DNA of 64,000 nucleotides from Saprolegnia diclina VS20 (Eukaryota): NCBI RefSeq assembly GCF_000281045.1, contig NW_008246089.1, positions 330,737 to 394,736 of the forward strand, read 5' to 3'. Shown piece by piece: positions 1 to 12,870 of this stretch (position 1 is its first letter; each line of letters starts with the position of its first letter). The notes under the pieces were generated by a model. It saw only the letters and a program-made list of their open reading frames with translations, ran no database searches and was not told where the DNA came from. The position numbers and the translations under genes were made by a program.

Positions 1-1
1 C

Positions 2-220
2 CCGGTTGCGACCTTGTCGCTGCCCGAGGGGAAGCAGCGCGCAGCCGCCTTGTACACGGTCGAATTCAACCCGCGCCAGCGCAACTTTGTGGCGTGCGGT
101 GACGGCAACGGCCTTGCGTACGTGTGGAAGCTCAGCTGGCGGCTCTCCAACTTGCGTCCGGACGAACGCGCCGTCCTCGACGGGATCGCCGAGCTCCGGT
201 CGTCCAACAACAGCACATAG
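2..220 (+). CDS. 3' end of a WD40 protein resembling dynein-2 intermediate chain WDR34 (partial)
   Basis: Terminal WD repeat LYTVEFNPRQRNFVACGDGNGLAYVWKL followed by a helical tail (SWRLSNLRPDERAVL), as in dynein intermediate chain C-termini; stop at 220. Confidence 0.55.
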   Translation, partial: PVATLSLPEGKQRAAALYTVEFNPRQRNFVACGDGNGLAYVWKLSWRLSNLRPDERAVLDGIAELRSSNNST

Positions 221-240
221 TGGCTTGTATAGACAAACGA

Positions 241-736
241 TTACGCCACGAGCGTGCATTTCGATATACAATAGGACGCGAGCTGCACCATGTAAATGCC
301 AATGTTGCAGCTCAGGACCACGACAAGGACCAGCTGGATGCTAGCGACTGCGCCGTTCAGCGTTACCATCGCGGCGCGCACGTTCTCGGGCGACTTGTAG
401 TAAGCTTGCAGCGTTGAGCTCCCAGCAGTCCATACGAGATCACTCGCGTCCCTACGCTCTGCGTCAGCATGACATATCGATCGCAGCAACGTACGCGGCG
501 GTCGCGACCACATGGAGGCAGAGACAGGCAAGTACAAAGTGGCTTGCGGCCGAGAGGGCCGACACTACAGCGTGGACAAGCCGCGGTGCCGGCAAGAGCG
601 CCAGGGCGAGCAGCAGCGACGCGGATGCAAGCGATATGCCAAAGATCGCGTTGGCCAAACCCGGTGCAAAGAGGAGGGGGAGAGCGGTGCCCGGGCACAC
701 GCCCAAGAAGAGGCACTGCAGCTGGAGACTCACCAT
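241..736 (-). CDS. small multi-pass membrane protein, hypothetical (probably 2 exons)
   Basis: Hydrophobic ORF segments 464-736 and 241-~450 joinable by a short intron; no recognisable family motif. Confidence 0.35.
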
Positions 737-878
737 CTACGTCAACAGTAGAGAAATCACGCAAGCAGGTTAGGGCGTTGTACGATGCTGAGGGGCACAC
801 AGAGGTGGTAGCAGGCGACCACGTCCTTCCACGTCATTATATCGATTCGTCGTCTCGGTTTCGTACAATAACGGTCTC

Positions 879-3800
879 ATGGGACGACTCAAGGTCCAGA
901 AGCGCTTGGAAGATGCGCTTCGGCGCCATGACATGCAGCTCGTCATTTGGATGATCGACTCGGGCGAAGTCCCAGTGGACGTCGAAGCCAATGGCGGTGA
1001 CACGCCGCTGCTCCATGCGGTCGCTTACAACCAAATCGACGTGCTCGACTTGCTCCTGGACCGGTGCGTGATGGCGATGAGCTGCATGCGTGCTCATGAG
1101 GCGTCGTTAGAGGCGTCAACGTCAATGCCGCCAACCGCCACGGCAAGACTGCGCTCATGAAGGCCGCCGCGACGACCGACGTCGACACGACGGACGCGGT
1201 CAACATTCTGCTCCGGCGCGGCGCCAACATCTTTGCAAAGGATCCGAGTGGCAAGACTGCGCTCGACTGGGCGCGGCGCACCAACAACGTCCACGTCGGT
1301 CGTCGCCTCGAGCTGGCGGTACAAGCCCACATTGTCGCGCACCGGGTGACGCATGCCAATCAAGAAGCGGCGGCCCAGCACGACGCGATTGCGCAGATGA
1401 ACGATGCACTTACGACGCAACTCCACGCGCTGCTTTCGCCGTACGCACCGCACGAGGTGCGATGACCGTGGTATGAAAACAGAGCCGGATGCAATGCGTG
1501 TAGGTGCTCGCGCTCGTGACGTCCGCCGCCGTCTCGCACGATATGTACTCGGCCGCGTTCCCGAATGGCCCGCCGTTCTTTGTCAACGCGGAGAGCGCGC
1601 AAGGGTGGACGGCGTTGACGAAGGCCGCCTCGGTCGATGACGTGGAGGGTCTGCGCTGTCTGCTGCAGCACGGGGCCATGGTGGATTATGAATCCAAGCT
1701 GCGGCATACAGCGCTGACGTGGTATGCCATATCCCGACGTGGTTCGGGTCATGACGTGATGACGTGCGTGATGTAGGGCGAGCTACTCGGGCCACACGAA
1801 CGCCGTGCAGTTGCTCTTGCAACACCGCGCACGTGTCGAGTACATGACCCGGGAAAAGATGACGGCGCTGAGTCACGCGTCTCGGAATGGCAAAGCCCAC
1901 GTGGTGGCGATTCTACTAAGCAAATACCGCGAGAGATTCCTACCCCAAAGTAGCCAGCCGGATTACGTCTCAAACGAAGCAAGCGAGTGGCACACGCACT
2001 TCTTGCATCACGTTCTCGCCGAGTACACTTGGGCACAAAATGAGCTGTCATAGTGACCTTCCCTTGATGTAGAGACGTTGTAGGCAAGTCGGCCATGGCT
2101 TATGCCACCGCCGGGGGGCATACCGACGTCGTCGCGCTGCTCCAAGGCGCGTGCGACCAGGCGCGCGCGCACGAGACGCATGTCACGACGCTGCAGGCCA
2201 AGACGCGTGTCGTGGCGTGCGCCCTCGGCTGTGGCACCGAGAACGCGCACGACCTCATCGGGTACCACGAAGCCCACAAGTGTCCGCGGCGCGACGTTGC
2301 ATGTGAGAAGTGCAAGGAGCACATGCAGAGCCAGCACCTCGCCGAGCATGAAGTTCGCGCACATGTGTACGCGCGTAGCTGAGAATCGTGTGTAGAAGCG
2401 AACTTGCGCGTACCGCGATGTCACGTGCGTGAACCTCCAGTTCGGGTAGAGCGATTGTGGTATGTCATACTGCGTTGTCTCCAATGCCATGTAGATGCGC
2501 GGCGGTGCTGCCGTGGCGCACCATGCAGCTGCATCAGTCAGAACACTGCCACTACCGACCTGTCGAGTGCCGTCTCGAGTGCGGCAAGGTGCTGCAGTGG
2601 CAAGCGCGGCCCCAGCACGAGGTCGTCCAACCGCACCAATAGCCTTCTCTAACCCGACACCATGCAGGCCAACGAGTGCCCACTCCGCACGATCGCATGT
2701 CCTGCCTGTGAGCACGCCATGCTGGGGCAGGACCTCAAGAAGCACAAGCGAAGCGCGTGTTCCAAGCGCCTCGTCGAGTGCAAGCTCTACGGTGGCTGCG
2801 GCGAGATCCACACGTTTGAAGACACGGCTTTTCACACCGAGAGTCTGTGCATTCGCCGCAAACGACCGTGCCATTGGGCCAGTCATGGCTGTGACGCGGT
2901 GCTCGGGCCGCCCGAGGCGCGTCACATTCACGAAGACACGACGTGTCCCTTTCGCATCGTGTCGTGTCGAAACCACTGCGGCGTGTCCAACCTCGTGCGT
3001 CTCGTGATTTCCAGCCCTATGTATGAGCCATATATGCGCTGTAGATTGCCACATTCCTCGATGAGCACTTGGCGTGGGACTGCCCGAAAGAAATCAAGTT
3101 GTGTCCGCTAGGGTGCGGCGCGCGCATGGAAGCGCAGTACATCTACGGTCATTACGAGCCCCACTGCGGCGACTGCCCCAAACGTGTGACCCGGTGCCCA
3201 TATGGTAGACGCGGTGGTGACGTCATTGTCTCAGCTCTTGTAGATCTGTGCGGCAAGAAAATGTGCTTCTTTGGCGACACACGCTGGGACGCAGAAGAAA
3301 CGACGTGCACACGGTCTGACATGGCGCCATCGGGCGTTGATGTGACGCGCAACGGCGTTCTCACTCGCCTCCAGCACCTCGCCACTTACCTCGACGAGAA
3401 GGTGTCGTCGTTTGCGCTAGTGCGGGCGCAAGCGTACCTCCGCACGTGGCTCGAGGCGCGTCAAGCGTCGCTTCTCGAGGCCTACCACGCCCGGGACTTG
3501 GACCGTATCGAGCTCGGTATGGTGGTCAAGTACGACCCCGAGACCACGCAGCACTATGTGAGCTTTCGAGGCCGTGTCGTCTGGGTCAACCTCAATTATG
3601 TCTACCATGCACTCGACCCAGCCGTCTTGGCCACCGACTGGGTCTGTCCGTCCATGGCGGCGAGTGCGCGGCTTGACCACGTGGCGAGTGTGTGCCCACT
3701 GCAAAGCGTCGCTTGTCCCAACGAGTGCGGTCAGCGCTGTCCCAAGTTCCAGCTTGAACACCATTTGAAAGAGCGGTGTTCGAAGCGCATTCTCGTGTGT

Positions 3801-6800
3801 CGTCTCGGCTGCCACAAAGCCTTGACAATGGAAGCGCTGCTAGAGCACGAAGAGTCCGAGTGCCCCAAGAGGTATATGCAACATTCATGCGAGGACTTGA
3901 ATGAAAGGTCGCCGTAGCCAGCGGTTTTGCCCGCACTGTCACGAGCCATGCTTGCTCGAGGCCATCGAAAGCCACGTGCGCATGACGTGCTTGCAGTTTC
4001 CGCGCAGCTGTCGGCTCACGTGTGGAGCACAAGTTCCTCGGGCGTCCTTTGACCAACACGAGGTACGTCGCAGTGTAAAAGACAATGCCACGTCACGGTG
4101 CGTAGGCCACAGTCTGTCCCAAACGTCTCGTGCCCTGTCCTCGCTGCCAGGCGCATGTGTTTGCATGCGACCTTGCGTCGCACGACAGCAATGAGTGTCC
4201 GCAACGACCATTTGGTGTGTGCGAACTCGGTTGCGGCATGCATCTGTGCGTCAACCAAGTTCAAAGTCACGTCCTCCAAGATTGCCCCCACGTGTGTGAT
4301 ATGTCATGTTGCGTTGCCTGATGTGACGGTTTCATTAGCGCGCGGTGATTTGTCCTCAGTGCGCGACAACCATCCAGTTTTTAGTCTTTGACCACCATGT
4401 GAAATTCGACTGCGCGCAGCGGGAACTGTACTGTCACAAGGGATGCGGCACACGGATACGCGAGTGCGATGTGGCCAAGCACGATCTGGACGACTGCATG
4501 CATCGTCCGACGTACTGTCCACTGCACTGCGGCATCGAACTCGCCATGTCCCAGCTGCCGCGGCACATGCAAGCCGACTGTGTGCGGCGTCTTGTGTCGT
4601 GCCCGAATCGATGCGGCGCCAAAGTGCCAGCAATTCAGCTCCCTGGCCATCTTCGAAGCTGCGACCACCACAAGGTACCGTGTGGCGCGGGTAGCGTCGC
4701 GTGTACGCGGCCGCTAAAAGCGTGGATCGTGCGCGAGCGGCTTGTGCCGTGCTTCAAGCACCGGCTGCATGGCTTCATGTGGGCGCTCAAATGCGGCGAC
4801 ATGGATGTCGTGCTTGGTTTTCTCAGCAAGATTGCCCTCGACGAAGTCGATGCAGAGTTTGAGACGGGGTACACGCCGCTCGTGCTTGCGTGTGCCAAAG
4901 GCGATGTGCTCCTCATGCGTGCCCTCTTGGAGCACGGCGCCGACGTCAACAAAGAGTCGTCTCGGGGCCGAACGCCGCTCGGCGAAGCGATTTTGAACAA
5001 ACAAGCCCACCTGATCCCACTCCTTCTCGAGTACCGTGCGATCGTGTCCCATGTAAACCGGCACGGTCTCTCGACACTCTCGATTGCCGAGCAAATGGGC
5101 GACGCGACGATTCTCGATGTGCTTGCCAAACGGGAGAAGCTGGAACAGGTGGGATCTGTCATACTGACACGTCTTACGTGGCAGGCACCGTAGGAGCAAC
5201 GGCGGCTCTTTGTTGCGATTGGCGCGTCCGACTATGACACTATGGAAGAGCTTGTTGCTGGCGGGGAAATGACGTATCGCGACAGCCACGGGTGGCACTT
5301 GGCACGGGAGCTCGAAGAGAGTCGGGCAAACCTCGCTCGCGCCCGCACCGACTTGATCGAGCACATTGAGATCATGAACGCGACGATTGCCGATACAGAA
5401 GCCAAGCAAATGCGCGTCGTGCGTCTCCTCGACTCGATGGAGTACAACAAGGGTCAGCTCGCCCAAGTACAAACCAAGGAAACCAAACTCGAGGCTGTTC
5501 GCGTGCACACAGAAACGACCGTCCGGGACATTGTCCGCAAGATCACGGCGCAGGACATCATCAACATCATCAGCCGACCCAACCCCCCGGAGGACCTCGT
5601 GGTCGTTCTCAAAGCCATGGCGCTCTTCCAGGGCATTCTGCCAAAACCCAAGCGCCTCAACGAGACAGGTGCGTTCTCGACGCACGAGTGGTGGGAGACG
5701 GCGCAAGCCATGCTCATGGACCGCGGCTTTCTGCGGCGTCTCCTCGATATCCACGAGCTCGCGATCGAGCCCGACGTGCTCTTCAAGGTTCGGCGTGAGT
5801 GCTTGAAGCATGACGCGTTTCGTGAGATTGGGGCCGCGGAATTGGTGGTGCCCGAGGTGCTCGACGCGGCGCCGGTTATACATAAGCAGCGCCACGGCCG
5901 CCGCAATGCGATCACCAATTCGACTGTCGACGCACTTGGCACGTGGGTCAAAGGCGTCGAGATGAATCAAAAGGCCCGCGCCGAAGCCAAGGTGCTCAAA
6001 GAACGACGCGAAAGCGTCCTCGCTGAAATTCATCAGCTCGATATCGACTTGGCGACTGCCACGTTTGACATGAAGACGGCGCACCGGTGCTTGCCGTCGC
6101 GCCAAGAGGAGCTGGACCGCGTTGTCGTTATTGAGCAGCGCGCGGCGGCCGAGTTTCATCTCAAGACGCGTCGCGTCCTCGTGTGTGAGCTCTTGGCATT
6201 TACGAGCTTGAATGGACACACGCCACTAAGCTACGCGGCGGCCATTGGGAATGAGCGTGCCGTCCGGATACTTTTGAGTCGCGGCGCCAACGGCGGGCAC
6301 TCAGTACGCTGCGTGATATGTCATCATGACATACCGTAAATGATATGCCTGTTTAGGACACGGAGCGGTCTCTGGCGGCCAAGCTGCTCCAAACTACAGT
6401 GCGTTTTCACGTGCAGCAAGCCAAGTACGTCGGAACCAACGATGCCGAAGCCTTTCGCATCGTACGGTACATGGCCATGCGCCCGATCTATAAGGCACTT
6501 CGACGCTGCCGGCAAACCCAGCGCGTGCCGCTGCACGAAGCCGCATACAACGGACACACGGACATGCTGCCGCTGCTCGTTGATGTCGGCCACGCACCCG
6601 TGTGGCAGCCTACGTACGTTGAGCCCACGGCCATGATGCCAGGCCAAATCGAGTTTGGCCAACCCCGCCGCAAGGACTTTGGTCTGCACGCGTGGCAAGT
6701 GGTGCTGCCGCCATCGCGCCTGACGCTGGATGATTCGTGTCGCTTGGGGCAATCCCGCTTCCCCTATATGCCGTACCGCGACGGGCGTGGCTGGGACCGG

Positions 6801-8930
6801 ATCGGGTCCATCTATGACGCGACGGTAAACGAAGTGGCGACAATTGTCGTTGCAAGCAGCAAGCACCAAAACGCAACGCGACTCGAGCAACTGAATCGCA
6901 AGACGATCTTGCGCAAGACACGGCACATGCGCCACATGCACGACCAGCTCGAGGCCGCCATTGCGGCCAAAGACTATGTTGCCGCCAGTGGTCTCTTGGA
7001 CGCTGGTGCCTTTCCAGACCACGCGACGCCCGCTGGCATGACGCTTCTCATGCAGGTACCTCGATACGACGCGCGTTTTCGCAGCAACCAAGTGTGTTGT
7101 AGGCAGCCAGTGAAGAACGTTTCATTACCAATATTGACGGCGTCTGCGTCCTCATGGTCGAATACCTTTTGGACCGCAAGATGGGTCGGCCGTCGCCCAA
7201 CTTTATCAGCACATCGCTCGATGGCGCCTTTAGTCACACGGCGCTCTCCGTCGCAGCGCACTACGGCACAACCATGTGCGGCCGCATGCTCGTACGATAC
7301 GGATGAAACGCCAAGTTTGGTCAGGATGACAGATCACATGTATGAAAAATAGGTGGACCGTGGCGCCGATGTCAACGTTCAAGACCCGCGATTTGGCCAG
7401 ACCGCGCTCATGCACGCGGCGCAAAACAATAAGGAAGATTTCGTGCGCTTCTTGCTCGAGCATAAGGCCAACGTGCATCTCAAAGTACACATGCATGATA
7501 ACGTGTCATGACATCATGCGGTGCTAGGACGTGCACGGCCGATCCGCGTTTACCTTTGCAACCGAACGGCGCAACGAAACCGTGCTGGGACTCCTCTCGG
7601 AAGCCGCGGCTGACATGCAACAGACCCTCGAGATCTTCAATCGGTTGGCAGCATACGGTATCTGTCGGTGGGGCTGCGGCTTTGTCAAATTGCGCACGGC
7701 ACCCGTCGTCGAGGCCGGCCAAGGTCTCGTTGTCGCCATGCGAAACCCACTTCAAGGTCGACTTTTTCTCTTCTTGGATGGGCACCAATGCAGCATGTAG
7801 AACACGAGCTGCACACCTGCCCCAAACGCATCGTGACCTGTCCGCTCGGCTGCGACCAGCCTGACCTGTGGAGCGAAGAGGTGCCCGACCACGTAGTACG
7901 CCAGTGCCCGCATCGGCCGCTACCCTGTACCCACCCCAAGTGCGGCTTGACGGTCGCTGCGAGTAGATTGCGCCAACACATGCAACACGACTGCATCCAT
8001 CGCACGGTCGCTTGTCCGCTCTGTGGCGAAGGCAGCCTCGCGCACAAGTTAGACGCCCATACAAAGTCTTGTCGTCTACGCTTGGTGCCGTGCCCGCTTT
8101 GCGCAATGGAACTCCGGGCCCTCGACGTGAGCAATCATGTAAAATTCGAGTGCGACTGCCGTGACGTGCGCTGTCGCCTCGGTTGCGGCTTTGTGCGGCT
8201 TTGCGACCGCTCGGTCCACGAGTCCGATGCCTGTGTCAAGCGCGCGATCGCATGTGTGTTTGCGTGCGTCGACGGCACGACACCCGAGACGCAAGCCGAC
8301 CACGAACAACTCTGCGATCATCGCCCGATGGTGTGTCCCAATCGCTGCGGCCATACTGTCCGCGCTATCGACGTCGACACCCACCTCTGCGAGTGTCGCT
8401 ACCGGTTCGTGCCATGTACACTTGGCTGCGGACGGCGCGTCCGAGCGTGCGACATGGCAGAGCACGTCAGTAGTCTCTGCACCAAGCGTCCCGTGCCATG
8501 TGAGTGGTGTGGAACACAAGACATTGTCGCGACTCTCTTGGAGCTCCACCAGCGCACCGAGTGCCCGCATCGCATCCAGGCGTGTGGTGTATGTGGCGAC
8601 GGCGGGATCCTCGCGCTTGATATGACGACGCACAAGACGGCCGAGTGCCGCATGCGGCCGGTCGAGTGTGTCTTTCGCCGCGACGGCTGCATGAAGACGC
8701 CGCTGCTGGCCCATGAAAAGACGCAGCACGAGACGTTCGAATGCAAGTACCGCACCATCTGGTGCCCCCTGGGCTGCAACGAGCACCTCGTCGCGCGCCA
8801 CCTCAAGGCGCACGAAGCCATCTGCCCGATGCGGTTCGTGGTATGCACCTTGGGCTGCGGCGCCGAGCTGCGTGAAAAGGATCGGTTTGAGCACGAGGTG
8901 TATGCGTGTATCTACAACAACAAGAAGTGA
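879..8930 (+). CDS. giant multi-exon protein: ankyrin repeats, TRAF-type zinc finger arrays, dynein stalk/MTBD-like insert, IQ-like motif
   Basis: Ankyrin motifs (GDTPLLHA, GKTALMKA, GWTALTKA, GYTPLVLA, GRTPLGEA, GHTPLSYA); many CPxRxVxCxxGC...H TRAF fingers at ~2200-4700 and ~7660-8930; the junctions checked (~1063, ~5148, ~6303) join in frame through short GT-AG introns, others were not checked. Confidence 0.8.
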
Positions 8931-9575
8931 GCATTTCGTTTATCGCAGTTTATAAGTTTCTAAAGATCACTAGTCGAACCGACGACAGGAATACAATGCC
9001 AATCGCACCATTGCGAGCCGTTTGAATCCAAATCGACATGTTGAGTTGGTGAGCCACGTGAGCCTCGCGGACGGGTACACGGTGCTGTCGTTGATAACAT
9101 CTTCTGGGTTCTGGACGCCCCTCAAACATGTATGGTCGCACAATTGCGAGCCAATATATGGCGGTCGGGATGCGGACAACTAGTGGCTCTGCTACATTGG
9201 CGTCCAGTTCGTGCATTTGATGCGCGTCAACGAGAACGTGACATAGTTGTGTGCAAGAGCACGCGGGTGGGCGACCTCTCGGCGTCGAAGCAGCAAAGAT
9301 GTGACCCACTCGTATCGGATAGCCCAACGTTGGGTGCCAAAAAGATCAAACGCAATCTCAGTTGCTGCCACACGTGAGCCCACAATGTTTCAAAGCCATG
9401 ACCGAATTGACGTTTCGTCTTCATGCAGCGTGGTGCGCTGCTTTCCGAGCAGATGGACGACGGATCCCAGACAATGACGACTGCTTCTTGGCCACACCTT
9501 GCTTGCGATGTTGTTGGTTGGTGAAGCACATTCGTAGCTCAGCGTTAACACAATACGATGCAAGATCATATCTAG

Positions 9576-10445
9576 CTACCCGTTGATCATGCTGCGACGA
9601 GTTTCTTGGAGCAGGTCGAGCAAGTTCACGTTGCAAAAGTCGTTCATTTGAGGCGGCAAATCCAGTCCAGGAGGAATCGCCAAAACGACGCGCGTGTCGA
9701 AGCGGAGGGTGTGATCACCTGCAGCTGCATCGTCCTCGACCGTCAGCGTCCCTTGCTGCGACGGCACCGCGAGATCACCCACCAGCACAATCTCGTACAA
9801 TCGGTACTCCAGCGTCGTTGCCTCTTCGTCGATGCGCGCCAAAACCACGTACTTGACGCCGACGTAGTTGGACCACCAGTTGCCTGCGACAAGAAGCCCC
9901 GTCCACGCTTGCGCGTAGCCGACCTCGACGGCTAGCGTCACCCAGTCCGAGACGTCACGCAACACGCGCGGTGGTCCTTCATCAAGCGTCGGCCGTGGGC
10001 CTCGGTTGAGCGTATCGTGCATTGGACCAAACGTCGCGTCGGCCGCCTTCTTCATGATGCCTTGGCCGCGTGACGCCGTGAACGAGCCACTCTTACGCAC
10101 CTCCTTATGATTGCCTGAAGCGTGGAGGAACTCGCTCTCGAAATTGCCGATGAAATACTCGTGCGCCTCCGACGGAAAGTCCGTGATGATGATGCTGCCG
10201 TTGACGAGGTCGACAAAGCGCAGCGCGACCGGAGCGGCTTCGTCGTCTTCAAAGTAGGCGTTGAAGACCTCGACCGAGACACCAGAGATGACGACGAACG
10301 GCTTCTTGGACGCCGTCAAGTGGCGTCGCATGCGATCGAACGAGATGTCCTCAAAGGCCTGCTTGATCGAGTCGACCGTGGCCGGCGGCTTCCGACTCGC
10401 CTGGAAGCCCGTGGTCACCTGCGTACATGTGGGAGGCGTCTCCAT
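9576..10445 (-). CDS. Uma2-like PD-(D/E)XK nuclease-fold protein (Crinkler C-terminal REase-like), intronless
   Basis: 289 aa ORF with PSEAHE, ADATFGP, LAVEVGY and VKYVVL motifs typical of Uma2/CR-REase domains. Confidence 0.6.
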   Translation of the reverse strand: METPPTCTQVTTGFQASRKPPATVDSIKQAFEDISFDRMRRHLTASKKPFVVISGVSVEVFNAYFEDDEAAPVALRFVDLVNGSIIITDFPSEAHEYFIGNFESEFLHASGNHKEVRKSGSFTASRGQGIMKKAADATFGPMHDTLNRGPRPTLDEGPPRVLRDVSDWVTLAVEVGYAQAWTGLLVAGNWWSNYVGVKYVVLARIDEEATTLEYRLYEIVLVGDLAVPSQQGTLTVEDDAAAGDHTLRFDTRVVLAIPPGLDLPPQMNDFCNVNLLDLLQETRRSMING

Positions 10446-10696
10446 TTGATGTGTCCCGCGACAGTTGGCTCCTCCGAGCGACGGGGCGCGAGACTTGGCG
10501 CAACGTACAATTGTAGACTAGAAGAAGTCGACAAGAACACTCTTCTTGATTCGAGCCATAGCGTTAGATGCCCCTCCAACTTCAAAGGACGTCGGTGCAA
10601 AAGCGAGATATTGGAGAGGCTTTTACGATAGTATTGTTGCGAATAGTGCGTCCAATGTGAAAAGACAGAAACGCTTGTCGTCGGAAATACAGACGC

Positions 10697-12870
10697 TTAG
10701 CGCATCCAACAATACAGTGCGAGGATGACGCCATGCAGTTGGACGTCGACGCGGCGCGCGGACGAGGCGAGCAAGAACGGGTAGAATACGTCACTGGGCA
10801 GCGTGAACCAAATGTCTGGCGCCGGCAAAATGAGGTCCGTCGGTGTCAACGACGCGACCTCGCGATACGTAAGCGTCGTCGACAATAGAAGGGACATGCT
10901 GGCGTCGGTGGTCCCAAAGATCACATTCTCTTTGGCGTAGCTCACGAGAACCGACGTGATCTTGCGCTGTGGCGCTTGCACGTCGCCCGTCAGAGTGTAC
11001 GAGACGAAAATGTGGGCGCTCGTGATCTACACGACATGTCTCAGACGATGCGAAATCGTTTTGCAAAACAGCAACGTACGACGTTGGTACACACGCCGTT
11101 GGAGTAGACTCCACCGGACGTGGCGTTCGCCGGTGCCGTGACGGCCACCCAGTCGCTGACTTTGAACGGATCGGCGTTGCCGTAGGCAGCGACGTGCGTG
11201 GTGGCCACCTGCAGCGCCTGGGGCACCACGCTTGAGAGGCAAAACGCCTTGAAATCGGTCAGCGACAATGGTAGCGAGCACGAGACGAGCAGATCGCGGC
11301 CAAATTTGGCGCCACTCGTCGTGCTGCTGGCGCATGGTCCGGCTTGCAGCAGCGGAAAGCCGCCGGGCGTTTCGGCGATGGCTTGCACCGAGCCATTGGT
11401 GCTAAGAACACCGGCACGCAAGGGCAAGTGATCGAGGTATCCGGGGTTCCCGGACCGTTCGTACGAGATCAAGTTCCCCAACGCTTGCGACCGAACGACG
11501 AAGCTTGTGCTTACAAATCGAGCGCGGAATGTTCGGGGTAGCGACGTCGCACCCAGCGGCACCGAGCCAAGGACCACGGACGCTTGAACGCTCAGAATTG
11601 TGCCGTTGCCATCGTGCGTGATCGTGTACGTGAGCTACGAGATAGCCATGTCGGCTCCCCGCGTCACACCACATATGCGCCAATACCTCTTGCAAGACAC
11701 CGGTGCACATTTGGGTGTCAACAGTCACCGACGGCACCCAAGCCGATGGATTGCCCGTCACGTCGACCGCGTCCGTCACCGTGTGTACCTTCGCTTCGGT
11801 CTACAATGGACGACGGTCATACTGTTGTGATCAATGCAGTGGTGACGTACGAGCGTCACGGGCAGTAGTGTCGTGGCACGGGGCGTTGTCGCCACCGAGA
11901 GCTTCTGAACGAACGGGGCCATCCCGAGGTCCGTGCACGACGCCGTGACGTTATCGAGCAACACGTGACAGCGCGATGCGACGGTGCCACCGCCCACCGT
12001 ATATGCAATCGGGTTGATGGACAAGCACGTAAACGAGCTCAGCGATGCGGCCGGAAGCATGAGAAACCCGTTGCCGTTCGGCGTCGCGGTCGATCCGTTG
12101 ATATAGGCCTACGCAGTTGGTGACACTCTACACACCAAGTCCGAGGACCCACCTGCACAAAATCTCCATTGCGGTACATCGTAGAAAACGCCATTGACGG
12201 TGACTGCGTCAGTAGCGACTAGAGACTTCCGTGCTTCACCGTTCGCGTCATAACACATGGTACCTGCTGGTAGGACGGTTCTGACGTCGACGACGCGACA
12301 GCGCCGGGTGTTGGCGGGGCATAGTACGTGCCGCTGACGTCACTGTTGGCCACGTACACGCACATGGCATCGCTGCTTGCATCGGGCATCTCGAGCATCC
12401 TACCCACCAATTTAAGAAGTAGATAGCTACGACATCGAGACGGCAGACCCATATTTGGTGTTGATGGCCACCAGCGAGGCGTCGCAGTAGGGAATCGCGA
12501 AAGGGACGTCGGTTGCGAGGCAGCTGCCTTGCATGGCTGCGACTTGGACCGGCGAGCACTACACGAGCCCTTAAATCCTAGCGGCGGTAGGCGTACGAAG
12601 ACACACCTCGGGGTCGCAGCAGCAGCGCGCGTCGCAAATGCCGGCCGTCACATCGCACGCGCAAGCACATGTGAAGCTGCTGCACGCACCCGTGCTAGTT
12701 CCTATGAACGTCAGCGGCAATAACATAGCACGAGGGACAGACACTGGGGTCGGCTGCTTGCACGTGCAGCCGAGAGGTGTCGTCGTCACGACCGACGTCG
12801 CGTTCAGCGGCACGAGCGACCAGTCGAGAGTGGCAGCGGCGGCTAGACCGAGACCAACTCCTAGCCACAT
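10697..12870 (-). CDS. TCTN: tectonic family protein (ciliary transition zone), multi-exon
   Basis: Signal peptide MWLGVGLGLAAAA; CACDVTAGICDARCCCDPEC cysteine motif; SGNPGY..LPL motif; LPSDVFYPF plus hydrophobic C-terminal tail. Confidence 0.8.

Noticed and set aside
2008..6219. Long minus-strand ORFs (348 aa, 501 aa) and similar ones at 49646-50956, 52017-53609 and 55614-56777
   Set aside because: Antisense shadows of GC3-rich coding sequence on the opposite strand; no motifs of their own
8950..9570. Short ORF fragments between the giant gene and the Uma2-like gene
   Set aside because: Possibly a gene remnant, but no recognisable motif or consistent splice model
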